From Eutreptiella sp. 'Long Island Sound 2002' (taxonomy: Eukaryota > Protista > Euglenida), in NCBI GenBank assembly GCA_964036045.1, contig OZ038378.1, positions 17,484,001-17,548,000 of the forward strand: a DNA stretch of 64,000 nucleotides. Reading direction: 5' to 3'. A program made the position numbers and the translations under genes. The notes beneath the pieces are model-generated. The model did no database searches. It was not told the DNA's origin and saw only the letters and a program-made list of their open reading frames with translations. Each line of letters starts with the position of its first letter. Within the stretch, counting starts at the first letter, position 1. Shown piece by piece: positions 35,701 to 47,849 of this stretch.

Positions 35701-38700
35701 CCGTCACCGTCACCGTCCCCATCCCCATCCACATCCACGCCCTCATTAGCCTCTGTGTCAGCATCGCCGTCAGCTTCTGAAGGCTCATCAGCATCGCCAC
35801 CATCATCCCCACGAACCTCCGCTGGTGTCTCAGAACCTCTATTCGCATCTCCTTCGGGTTCTGCATCCACGTCAGCATCGCCATCGGAATCTCCATCCTC
35901 CTCCCCTGCTGTTTCAGGATTGCCATCACCATCGCCATCAGCTTCCGCCGCTGTTTCAGTATCCCCATCCGCATCCCCGTCAGCTTCTGCTGCGTACTCA
36001 GCATCCCCATCACCATCTCCAGTCGCCTCTATCTCAGCATCGCCATTCTCATCTCCGTCAGCTTCAGCTTCCTCATCAGCATCGCCCTCGGAATCTCCAT
36101 CATCCTCCGCTGCTGTTTCAGGATCGCCGTCACCCGTGCCATGGCTATCATCCTCTGCTACCTCATCAGCATCCCCATTTCCATCTCTGACTAAATCGCC
36201 CTCGCCTGCTGTTTCAGCCTCCGCTGCTGCCTCAACATCCGTGTCTCCATCCCCATCGGCCTCTGCTGCTGTCTCCGGATTCCCATCCCCATCCCAGGCA
36301 GCCTCAGCTGCTGCCTCAGCATCCTTGTCTCCATCCCCATCAGCCTCCGCTGCGTTCTCGGCATCCCCATCCCAATCGCCCTCAGAGTCCCTGTCTCCAT
36401 CCCCATCGGCCTCAGCTGATGTCTCAGCCTCCTTATACCCATCCCCATCGGCCTCAGCTGCTGTCTCGGCATCACTATCCCCATCACCATCACTATCGGC
36501 CGCAGCTGCGCACTCACCATCCTTAACTTCATCCCCATCAGCTTCAGCTGCTGCCTCAGTATCCCTGTCTCCATCCCCATCAGCCTCTGCTGCCTACTCC
36601 GGATCGCCATCCCCATCGCCATCAGCCTCCGCTGCTGCCTCAACATCCGTGTCTCCATCCCCATTGGCCCCAGCTGCTGTCTCAGCATCCCCATCCCCAT
36701 CCCCATCCCCATCAGCCTCAGCTGCCGCCTCAGCATACGTGTCTCCATCCCCATCAGCCTCCGCTGCGTTTTCAGCATCCCCATCCCCATCAGCCTCAGC
36801 GTCCCTGTCTCCATCCCCATCGGCCACAGCTGCTATCTCAGCCTATTTATCCGCACCCCCATCAGCCTCTGCTGCTGCGTCCGCATCCCCGTCTCCTTTC
36901 GTATCGGCCCCAGCTGCGCACTCACCATCCCTGTCTTCATCTCCATCAGCTGCCTCAGCATCCATGTCTCCATCCCCATCAGCCTCTGCTGCCTACTCCG
37001 GATCGCCATCCCCATCGCCATCAGCCTCTGCTGCTTCCTCAACATTCGTGTCTCCATCCCCATCAGCCTCCGCTGCTGTCTCAGCATCCCCAACCCCATC
37101 AGCCTCAGCATCCTTTTCTCCATCCCCATCGGCCTCTGCTGCTGTCTCGGGATTTCCATCCCCATCCCAGGCAGCCCCAGCTGCTGCCTCAACATCCTTG
37201 TCTCCATCCCCATCAGCCTCCGCTGCGTTTTCAGCATCCCCATCCCCATCGCCCTCAGAGTCCCTGTCTCCATCCCCATCGGCCTCAGCTGCTGTCTCAG
37301 CCTCCTTATCCGCATCCCCATCAGCCTCTGCTGCTGCGTCTGCATCCCCATCCCCATTCGTATTGGCCCCAGCTGCGCACTCACCATCCTTAACTTCATC
37401 CCCATCAGCTTTTGCTGCTGCCTCAGTATCCCTGTCTCCATCCCCATCAGCCTCTGCTGCCTACTCCGGATCGCCATCCCCATCGCCATCAGCCTCCGCT
37501 GCTGCCTCAACATCCGTGTCTCCATCCCCATTGGCCCCAGCTGCTGTCTCAGCATCCCCATCCCCATCCCCATCCCCATCAGCCTCAGCTGCCGCCTCAG
37601 CATACGTGTCTCCATCCCCATCAGCCTCCGCTGCGTTTTCAGCATCCCCATCCCCATCAGCCTCAGCGTCCCTGTCTCCATCCCCATCGGCCACAGCTGC
37701 TATCTCAGCCTACTTATCCGCACCCCCATCAGCCTCTGCTGCTGCGTCCGCATCCCCGTCTCCTTTCGTATCGGCCCCAGCTGCGCACTCACCATCCCTG
37801 TCTTCATCTCCATCAGCTGCCTCAGCATCCATGTCTCCATCCCCATCAGCCTCTGCTGCCTACTCCGGATCGCCATCCCCATCGCCATCAGCCTCTGCTG
37901 CTTCCTCAACATTCGTGTCTCCATCCCCATCAGCCTCCGCTGCTGTCTCAGCATCCCCAACCCCATCAGCCTCAGCATCCTTTTCTCCATCCCCATCGGC
38001 CTCTGCTGCTGTCTCGGGATTTCCATCCCCATCCCAGGCAGCCCCAGCTGCTGCCTCAACATCCTTGTCTCCATCCCCATCAGCCTCCGCTGCGTTTTCA
38101 GCATCCCCATCCCCATCGCCCTCAGAGTCCCTGTCTCCATCCCCATCGGCCTCAGCTGCTGTCTCAGCCTCCTTATCCGCATCCCCATCAGCCTCTGCTG
38201 CTGCGTCTGCATCCCCATCCCCATTCGTATTGGCCCCAGCTGCGCACTCACCATCCTTAACTTCATCCCCATCAGCTTCAGCTGCTGCCTCAGTATCCCT
38301 GTCTCCATCCCCATCAGCCTCTGCTGCCTACTCCGGATCGCCATCCCCATCGCCATCAGCCTCCGCTGCTGCCTCAACATCCGTGTCTCCATCCCCATTG
38401 GCCCCAGCTGCTGTCTCAGCATCCCCATCCCCATCCCCATCCCCATCAGCCTCAGCTGCCGCCTCAGCATACGTGTCTCCATCCCCATCAGCCTCCGCTG
38501 CGTTTTCAGCATCCCCATCCCCATCAGCCTCAGCGTCCCTGTCTCCATCCCCATCGGCCACAGCTGCTATCTCAGCCTATTTATCCGCATCCCCATCAGC
38601 CTCTGCTGCTGCGTCCGCATCCCCGTCTCCTTTCGTATCGGCCCCAGCTGCGCACTCACCATCCCTGTCTTCATCTCCATCAGCTGCCTCAGCATCCATG

Positions 38701-41700
38701 TCTCCATCCCCATCAGCCTCTGCTGCCTACTCCGGATTGCCATCCCCATCGCCATCAGCCTCTGCTGCTTCCTCAACATTCGTGTCTCCATCCCCATCAG
38801 CCTCCGCTGCTGTCTCAGCATCCCCAACCCCATCAGCCTCAGCATCCTTTTCTCCATCCCCATCGGCCTCTGCTGCTGTCTCGGGATTTCCATCCCCATC
38901 CCAGGCAGCCCCAGCTGCTGCCTCAACATCCTTGTCTCCATCCCCATCAGCCTCCGCTGCGTTTTCAGCATCCCCATCCCCATCGCCCTCAGAGTCCCTG
39001 TCTCCATCCCCATCGGCCTCAGCTGCTGTCTCAGCCTCCTTATCCGCATCCCCATCAGCCTCTGCTGCTGCGTCTGCATCCCCATCCCCATTCGTATTGG
39101 CCCCAGCTGCGCACTCACCATCCTTAACTTCATCCCCATCAGCTTCAGCTGCTGCCTCAGTATCCCTGTCTCCATCCCCATCAGCCTCTGCTGCCTACTC
39201 CGGATCGCCATCCCCATCGCCATCAGCCTCCGCTGCTGCCTCAACATCCGTGTCTCCATCCCCATTGGCCCCAGCTGCTGTCTCAGCATCCCCATCCCCA
39301 TCCCCATCCCCATCAGCCTCAGCTGCCGCCTCAGCATACGTGTCTCCATCCCCATCAGCCTCCGCTGCGTTTTCAGCATCCCCATCCCCATCAGCCTCAG
39401 CGTCCCTGTCTCCATCCCCATCGGCCACAGCTGCTATCTCAGCCTACTTATCCGCATCCCCATCAGCCTCTGCTGCTGCGTCCGCATCCCCGTCTCCTTT
39501 CGTATCGGCCCCAGCTGCGCACTCACCATCCCTGTCTTCATCTCCATCAGCTGCCTCAGCATCCATGTCTCCATCCCCATCAGCCTCTGCTGCCTACTCC
39601 GGATCGCCATCCCCATCGCCATCAGCCTCTGCTGCTTCCTCAACATTCGTGTCTCCATCCCCATCAGCCTCCGCTGCTGTCTCAGCATCCCCAACCCCAT
39701 CAGCCTCAGCATCCTTTTCTCCATCCCCATCGGCCTCTGCTGCTGTCTCGGGATTTCCATCCCCATCCCAGGCAGCCCCAGCTGCTGCCTCAACATCCTT
39801 GTCTCCATCCCCATCAGCCTCCGCTGCGTTTTCAGCATCCCCATCCCCATCGCCCTCAGAGTCCCTGTCTCCATCCCCATCGGCCTCAGCTGCTGTCTCA
39901 GCCTCCTTATCCGCATCCCCATCAGCCTCTGCTGCTGCGTCTGCATCCCCATCCCCATTCGTATTGGCCCCAGCTGCGCACTCACCATCCTTAACTTCAT
40001 CCCCATCAGCTTCAGCTGCTGCCTCAGTATCCCTGTCTCCATCCCCATCAGCCTCTGCTGCCTACTCCGGATCGCCATCCCCATCGCCATCAGCCTCCGC
40101 TGCTGCCTCAACATCCGTGTCTCCATCCCCATTGGCCCCAGCTGCTGTCTCAGCATCCCCATCCCCATCCCCATCCCCATCAGCCTCAGCTGCCGCCTCA
40201 GCATACGTGTCTCCATCCCCATCAGCCTCCGCTGCATTTTCAGCATCCCCATCCCCATCAGCCTCAGCGTCCCTGTCTCCATCCCCATCGGCCACAGCTG
40301 CTATCTCAGCCTACTTATCCGCATCCCCATCAGCCTCTGCTGCTGCGTCCGCATCCCCGTCTCCTTTCGTATCGGCCCCAGCTGCGCACTCACCATCCCT
40401 GTCTTCATCTCCATCAGCTGCCTCAGCATCCATGTCTCCATCCCCATCAGCCTCTGCTGCCTACTCCGGATCGCCATCCCCATCGCCATCAGCCTCTGCT
40501 GCTTCCTCAACATTCGTGTCTCCATCCCCATCAGCCTCCGCTGCTGTCTCAGCATCCCCAACCCCATCAGCCTCAGCATCCTTTTCTCCATCCCCATCGG
40601 CCTCTGCTGCTGTCTCGGGATTTCCATCCCCATCCCAGGCAGCCCCAGCTGCTGCCTCAACATCCTTGTCTCCATCCCCATCAGCCTCCGCTGCGTTTTC
40701 AGCATCCCCATCCCCATCGCCCTCAGAGTCCCTGTCTCCATCCCCATCGGCCTCAGCTGCTGTCTCAGCCTCCTTATCCGCATCCCCATCAGCCTCTGCT
40801 GCTGCGTCTGCATCCCCATCCCCGTTCGTATTGGCCCCAGCTGCGCACTCACCATCCTTATTTTCATCCCCATCAGCTTTTGCTGCTGCCTCAGCATCCC
40901 TGTCTCCATCCCCATCAGCCTCTGCTGCCTACTCCGGATCGCCATCCCCATCGCCATCAGCCTCCGCTGCTTCCTCAACATCCGTGTCTCCATCCCCATC
41001 AGCCCCAGCTGCTGCCTCAGCATCCCCAGCGCCATCAGCCCCAGCTGCTGCCTCAGCATACGTGTCTCCATCCCCATCGGCCTCCGCTGTGTTTTCAGCA
41101 TCCCCATCCCAATCGCCCTCAGAGTCCCTGTCTCCATCCCCATCGGCCTCTGCTGCTGTCTCAGCCTCCTTATCCGCATCCCCATCAGCCTCTGCTGCTG
41201 CGTCTGCATCCCCATCCCCATTCGTATCGGCCCCAGCTGCCCACTCACCATCCTTATCTTCATCCCCATCAGCTTTAGCTGCTGCCTCAACATCCCTGTC
41301 TCCATCCCCATCAGCCTCTGCTGCCTACTCCGGATCGCCATCCCCATCGCCATCAGCCTCCGCTGCCTCAACATCCGTGTCTCCATCGCCATCAGCCTCC
41401 GCTGCTTTTTCAGGATCCCCATCCCCATCAGCCTCAGCATCCTTTTCTCCATCCCCATCGGCCTCTGCTGCTGTGTTGGGATTCCCATCCCCATCCCAGG
41501 CAGCCTCAGCTGCTGCCTCAACATCCTTGTCTCCATCCCCATCAGCCTCTGCTGCTTCCTCAACATCCGTGTCTCCATCCCCATCAGCCTCCGCTGCGTA
41601 TTCAGCATCCCCATCCCCTTCAGCCTCAGAGTCCTTCTCTCCATCCCCATCAGCCCCAGCTGCTGCCTCAGCATCCGTGTCTCCATCCCCATCAGCCTCC

Positions 41701-42945
41701 GCTGTGTATTCAGCATCCCCATCCCCTTCAGCCTCAGAGTCCTTTTCTCCATCCCCATCAGCCCCAGCTGCTGCCTCAGCATCTGTGTCTCCATCCCCAT
41801 CAGCCTCCGCTGTGTATTCAGCATCCCCATCCCCTTCAGCCTCAGAGTCCTCATCTCCATCCCCATCAGCTTCAGCTGCTGCCTCAGCATCCGTGTCTCC
41901 ATCCCCATCAGCCTCTGCTGCCTACTCCGGATCGCCATCCCCATCCCCATCAGCCTCCGCTGCTGTCTCAGTATCCCTATCGCCATCCCCATCGGCCTCC
42001 GCTGCGTACTCAGCATCCGTGTCTCCATCCCCATCGGCCTCTGTTGCGTACTCAGCATCCTCATCTCCATCCCCATCCCCATCTCCATCCCCATTCCCAT
42101 CCCCATCAGCGTCTGCTGCTGTCTCAGCATCGGCATCCCCATCCGCATCGCCTTCAGCTGCTTTCTCAGCATCGCCACCGCCGTCCCCATCACTCTCAGC
42201 TGTTGTTTCAGTATCCCCCTTGCCATCCCCATCATACGCTTCGCTTCCCGTCCTCCTCCCGTTCCCGCATCTTGCATCCCTATCCCCATCTCCATCCCCA
42301 TCGGTGGCAGCCTCTGCTGTCTCCTCGGCATCCCATTCCCCATCTGCATCTCCATCACCATCTGCTTCATTACTCCATTGGTTCTCAGCCCGCACATCAC
42401 TGTCCACATCACCATCCGCCGCTGCCTCAGCATCTTCATCTCCGTCGCCTTCGCCGTCCGCCTCGCCATCCCCATTCGCTTCCACTCGGTCGTCTCCCTT
42501 CGCTAACACGTCGCCGTCACCATTCCCCTCCCCTTCCCTTCCCAGCCCCACTGCCACCGCCACAGTGGTTCCCACCGCCACCCCCTCACCCAGCACCACC
42601 CCGACGCCCACTCACACTCCGACACCCTCTGTCAGCCAAACCCCAACGTCCTCTCCCACCTGCAGCCCCACGGGTACCCCTACTCGAAGCGTGACGCTGA
42701 CTCAGACGCCTACAGCATCAGCCACGCGCACCGAGACCCGCACGGCTACCACCACTGTGACCCCCTCGCGCACCAGCACAGCCACCACCTCCTTAACCCC
42801 CACCGGAACTATGACGTCGACTCAGGGGGACATCCACGTGACATACACGGGGGCGAACGAAACCTTCCAAACGCTGTATGAAGTGGGCCTGACGGACTGT
42901 GAATGGAGCTACCACATCATCAACACATACCACAACGCACGGCAG
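32555..42945 (+). CDS. Host gene giant exon (10,391 bp, ~3,460 codons): 5 PAN/apple-like modules + Ser/Pro/Ala/Thr mucin-like stalk
   Basis: Open frame within ORF 32530-43137. TCTTCAG|GA acceptor (phase 1, matching the TSP1 exon) and CAG|GTGCAT donor (phase 0, matching the next exon). Confidence 0.85.
36545..40900 (+). repeat. About five coding repeats of 867 bp (289 aa, Ser/Pro/Ala)
   Basis: Shadow ORFs recur at 36594, 37461, 38328, 39195 and 40062 (period 867); units are near-identical. Confidence 0.95.
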
Positions 42946-44052
42946 GTGCATGTTCGCATGCCAACCCAAACCCACTCTCCCGCTCCATACAAAGCCCTCC
43001 CGCTGTCACAATCTACACCCCCCTTCTCGCTCACAGCACCCTCCCCTTCCCTCCTGCTTACAGCCGCCATGGGGATCATTTTTGAGGGATGTATGTTGGG
43101 GTACCCACCTCTCACCCTTGGGGACCCTAGCGGCTGACCGGCCGACCCACCTACCCCCCCCCCCTCTCCAGACCCCCAAAAGTTTTCGCACCCTTTTGGG
43201 GGCTCAATATTCGAACAGGCCACCCCCCTTGGCGTGGGGATCCTTCAACACACTGCCGCACCAGGGGGCAGTGGGCAGTGCTAATCCCCTTATTCATTGC
43301 CTCGCTACAGGGGGCAGGGGGCAGTGGGACTCCGCCATTGCACCGCCTCATTGCAGGGGGCCGTGGGCAGTGGGGACCACACTGCCTCAATGCAAGGAGC
43401 AGTGGGTAGTGCACGTACTATCTCGCCTTGTCTCAGGTGCAGCAGGTGTGCAGAAGGGAACTGTACTTTGGACATGGCATTGGGAGCAAGCGGAGGTAAA
43501 AGATTTGGCCCGGAATGCCATTTTGCACACCATCCCATTTGTCTCATGCTACAGACGCTCCAACGCCTTTCCCGCGTTCGAGCACACATCCCCCCCCCCC
43601 CCAAGTTTCGTATTCGGAGGTGGGGAGGCTCCACCCCGCTTTCTGAATGTGGGGGGGAGCGGAGGCAGGGATGCGGTGCAACGGGGGGGGGGCGAGCGGT
43701 TAGGAAGGCAGCTGGAGAAGGTTTGCAAAATGGGTATAAGCAGTTGAAGTGCTGTTGGAGCACGAGAGAGCGGCTTGTCGAAGGGTCGAAGACTCGGCCC
43801 ATGAGGCACGACGCCATTCGTGGAGAAGCAGAGCACCCCATGCGCTGCCGCACTGCCCGGGGCACTCCTATTGAGAACCGCTCACACACGACGCTGGAGT
43901 CCTCTGGGGGTACAGCCATCTGCCGTGTACGCAACGCAGCATGACATTCAACATGTGCACGGGTGCGTGAGGGTGGGTGGGCCATCAATTGTGGTGCTTA
44001 GGGGAGGCATTCAGTGACGCCCCCCAACTTCCCATTCTTCCCGGTCCTTCAG

Positions 44053-44482
44053 GTGAGCGTGATCGCTAACCACAGCATCATGGAGGTGCGGTACAACGGC
44101 ACCCTTCAAGGCCCCCAAGTGCTGCAGCCTGTCCAGTCTGTGACCGTTTGCCTCAAGCTGACCTCCCCCCCGGGCCCCTCAGCAGAGCGCATCCCGGTGC
44201 AGCTGAACGTGTCTGCAGTGGTCCCGCTGGGGGGGCCGGACCCCAATCCGGGGGGCACGGTCATCATCCACAGCACACAGGTCGTGGTCTTTGTACTGCC
44301 CGAGCCCATCATCACAAGTCAAGGCCCGCGCCTTGGGGACTTCATGAATTGTGAGCTAGTGCATAATCAGAACAGGGCGTTTGAGGTGTGCCTGGGTGCA
44401 AACACGCTCTGCCCGGATCCGTGGGCATCACTGCGAGAGCACAGACAAGGGCATTTCTGTGGGAATGATTGCTTGTGCTATG
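44053..44482 (+). CDS. Host gene exon: beta-rich (Ig-like?) module + Cys-rich segment
   Basis: CCTTCAG|GTG...TATG|GTAAGC, phase 0-1. VSVIANHSIMEVRYNGTLQG...CGNDCLCY. Confidence 0.8.
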
Positions 44483-45973
44483 GTAAGCCCCCCCCCCCCC
44501 CAAAAAAAAACAGTTAGACCCCAAAATCTACACCCCACTGAGCCACCTACAAGCAAACGGAACATGAACAAATCCAGCGTACAGTTTCAGCACTATTGCA
44601 GCAGACAATTGAAGAGACAAGGGAGTTTGGTCTGCTTCCTGCCATGGGAAACACCGGCAGAGGGGTGGGCTACAGCAGCCGAAGAAGATGCTGCATTAGC
44701 TCCATCAGCTCCTGTGACACACACATTCTCAAAGTGTTCATCGGGATCAAACTTATAGTTGGGCAGAGAGCGGAGGCTGACAACCTCACCATGACCCCAG
44801 GCACCACTCTCTACATCGTCTCCATCAATGCCTGACCCACCGTCTTGTTCCTCAGAAGATGCCTCAGTAGGTTCATCAGAAAGGTCATCAAGTCCAGGGT
44901 GTACCTCTTGCAGTCCAAAATTAGATTCAGAATCTGAATGTTCCACGCAGGTAACGCGTGTAGCGGCGCCCATTGAGGGGCGTGCCCTCTTCTCACGAGC
45001 TGACCAGTCCACATCGCAGTGGCCGTCTAAGTGGCAGGGCAATCGTCAGGTGCACCATGTCATATCGCCATCATGCAGAACTGATTGGGTTTGGCACGTG
45101 GTTTTACCCCCTGCGCCCCCTGGGAATGCCATGCCCGCCGTGGGCACATCTCGGTATTTCGTGGCTTTGTCCCTGCCCTTGTAAGGGGCCCCCAAATCCC
45201 CAGGGGGCGGGGGGACCACTGGCCTGTTTGGCCCCCCGCCCCCTCCCGGCCTCCCTCGCCGCATTTGTCGACATGTCAGCCCATGTAGTGCAATTCTGTC
45301 ACTGCGTATGACCGGACTACCCCCCTCAGTGGGGGCACCTCCAACCCAATATCGAGGCGTTCTATCGTGAGACGTCTTCTCTTAATGGACGCCTCTCTCT
45401 TCCTGCAGTCTCCAGATGAGACCACCTGTCCCCTTTTCTTGTTGGTGCGGTGGTGTCCACATGGGACTGTCTGTGGGCTGCAAGCCGAAACCAGGCCAAC
45501 AATGAAAAAGCATGGGCCCCCAGTTTTGGACGCAATCAGAAAGCAGGCCCCCTGCGTACAGTGTCTGTTTCCTTTGGTATGCACTCATCCCCTGCAAACG
45601 TTGATTGAAAGAGGCTGCATGGGAATAAATGTGAATGACTGGGGACCAATGAGCATCGATGGAGATCCACGCATCCTCTGCAGCCACCCCCCCCACACCA
45701 CCTGGTGTTCGTGGCTGCGTGGCACCCAACACCCGCGCTCCCAAATCCGGTGGTGCCTGTGGCTGTGCGAGGTGTAAATAGTGGTAAGGGCAAAAGCTGT
45801 AACTGCACATGAACTTGGACAGATGCAGTGCTGTGGATGCATGTGGGTGTGATGTAAAATGATCTGGGTGCACGCATGATGCACGGCCTTCATGACCAAG
45901 TGGTTTACTTAGGACACAACGCCTTCAATTACATCATCGCTGCACAGCCCCTCGCACCTGTTGCTCCCGACAG

Positions 45974-46151
45974 CTGCCTCTCCCATACGCCAGGGAACAA
46001 TAGTCATCGAGGGGGAGCTTACCCCACAGCTCTTTGTGGGAGTGCAGTGGGCCTCTTCGCCGGACTGCGGCTGCATTATCCAAGGCACCACGTCCCAGTA
46101 CATCATGACCATCCAGTCCGCGTACTGGCAGTTCCACACCCAGCTGGAGAT
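45974..46151 (+). CDS. Host gene exon: CUB-like domain, part 1
   Basis: CCGACAG|CT acceptor, phase 1. GTIVIEG...PDCGCIIQGTTSQYIMTIQSAYWQFHTQLE. 3' boundary ambiguous. Confidence 0.7.
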
Positions 46152-46399
46152 GTATGCCTTCCTTGTTAGTGGTTTCTGTGCATGTGTATGTGCGCTCGCG
46201 CTTGTGCTGTGGTGGGTCCTTTTTTTTTTCTCGCCGGTGTTGTATGCGCCGTTCGCGTGTGTTTCTCTTGTGTATTATGTTCTCTTGTCGTGTCTGGTCG
46301 GTCCGAGTGTAGTTGTGGTGTCACGTGCTTCGTTTGTCACTGCCGTTTGCGTTCTGAGTCTGTGTATGTTTTTGTTCGTTGTCCGTATTCTGTGGTGTG

Positions 46400-46506
46400 T
46401 GCGTGTGTGCCTGCGCATGTCTGTGTGCATGCGTGCACGCGTGCGTGCGTGCATGCATGTGTGTAGTGTTGTGGCTTTGGTTGTCTTCGCCGTGTGTGTT
46501 GTGTGT

Positions 46507-46538
<32 letters not shown>

Positions 46539-46688
46539 TGGGTGTGGGTGTGGGTGTGGGTGTGAGTGTGAGTGTGGGTGTGGGTGTGGGTGTGGGTGTG
46601 GGTGTGGGTGTGGGTGTGGGTGTGGGTGTGGGTGTGGGTGTGGGTGTGGGTGTGTGTGTGTGTGTGTGTATGTGTGTGTGTGTGTGTG
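46400..46688. repeat. (GT)n/(GGTGTG)n microsatellite
   Basis: Directly visible in the intron between the CUB-like parts. Confidence 0.95.
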
Positions 46689-46689
46689 A

Positions 46690-46810
46690 ATATGATGGCG
46701 GCTCAACAGGCATCACATTGCTGCGTTTTGTTGACAGTTTGCCTAATGTTGCCCAGTTGGCTTGTGCATCAAACAATCCTCAGTCCCAGCATTTTTACCT
46801 CGTGACTTCC
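46690..46810 (+). CDS. Host gene exon: CUB-like domain, part 2 (no AG acceptor; both ends uncertain)
   Basis: [13 protein letters not shown] continues QLE(M/I) to give the CUB-like LEIYDG...LL.RF motif. Confidence 0.55.
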
Positions 46811-47232
46811 GGTTGTCGGGGTTGTGGGTCGGAAAAGGATGATTTGTTCAGTATCTTGGACAGAGGAGGATAATCAGTACCTGAGACCGCAATGGGCACT
46901 AACGGTGAGATTTTTGCGCCACGGCGCCCTTTCTTTACATTCTGTTTTGTATGCGCCGCCGGGTGGTGGGTGGGTGGATGCCCTTTGCACCTGTCCCCGC
47001 GGCTGAGCAAAGGCCTGGGCCCTGCTCACTCCACTGGTGCTCCACTGGATGCTTCCCACTCCTTCACATCCGCCGTGCACAGTCTTGTCCTCCTCCACGA
47101 GAACGGGTGCGGGCAAGAGGAGGGGCTGCTGACCGTGGGAGCAGTGCTGCCTCCGCGGCCGGGCCGCCCTCACCCGAAGACGTCGACTCAGACTCAAGAG
47201 TCCGGAAGTTTGCAACGCCGTCTTGTGTCCAG

Positions 47233-47336
47233 GCACATCGCTCTGTTGGTGTTCAAGTGCCATGCGGACGAGGACTTTCTTCTGGAGAACGCCCCTTTCA
47301 ACCAAAACACTACTGGAGGCTACTTCAAAGGCACCG
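47233..47336 (+). CDS. Host gene exon: CUB-like domain, part 3
   Basis: GTCCAG|G CAC: HIALLVFKCHAD...GGYFKGT, resembling the CUB L.V.F.SD...GF.A.Y end. Donor G|GTGGAG, phase 1. Confidence 0.5.
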
Positions 47337-47563
47337 GTGGAGCCTCTCGGCCCAATCTGCGCCTAGAGGCCCCGTCCACCCAACCACGCGTTGGTTGCAC
47401 ATGGGGGGACATTGGGGGGGTCTGGGGGGAAAGCAGAGGCGAAGTATGCGGCGCATGCGGATGTGGGGCTAGCATGGTAACCCACGCTGCACCACATGTG
47501 CGTGGGCCGAGCGGTGTGGCACCGCTGTGCCACGGGCCAGGCAAGACCCCCTTGGCGCGGCAG

Positions 47564-47624
47564 TCACAGGACACTGCTCATGCCGGTGGCCGAACGACAA
47601 CGCCTGGGAGGACGACTGCTGCAG
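47564..47624 (+). CDS. Candidate small Cys-rich host exon (no GT donor in the required phase)
   Basis: GGCAG|TC phase-1 acceptor; VTGHCSCRWPNDNAWEDDCC. Would join 56531 in phase 2 at AG|GA. Confidence 0.35.
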
Positions 47625-47849
47625 GACCCTAGGCCACAGCGCCCGACCGGCTAACGTAGGAACACGCCTGCGACACGCACTGGACCCTGCGGACCCATAC
47701 TGTTGTCCCTCATTGCTGTGCCCCCCCCCCCCTCGGGGAAGGCGCTTTAGGCGCTATCAAGACCCCCCCCCCCCACCACCACACGCACATCTGTTAGCCG
47801 ACGCTTGCTCCGCTAGGTAGTGCCCTGTCTCCTCTGAGATGGCGTGTCA

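Noticed and set aside
32555-40900. CRISPR-like array
   Set aside because: Units are 633-867 bp, coding and near-identical, with no unique spacers; the context is eukaryotic.
32511-42611. Asp/Gly-, Met/Gly- and His/Pro-rich ORFs in other frames and on the minus strand
   Set aside because: Shadows of the Ser/Pro/Ala codon repeats of the giant exon.
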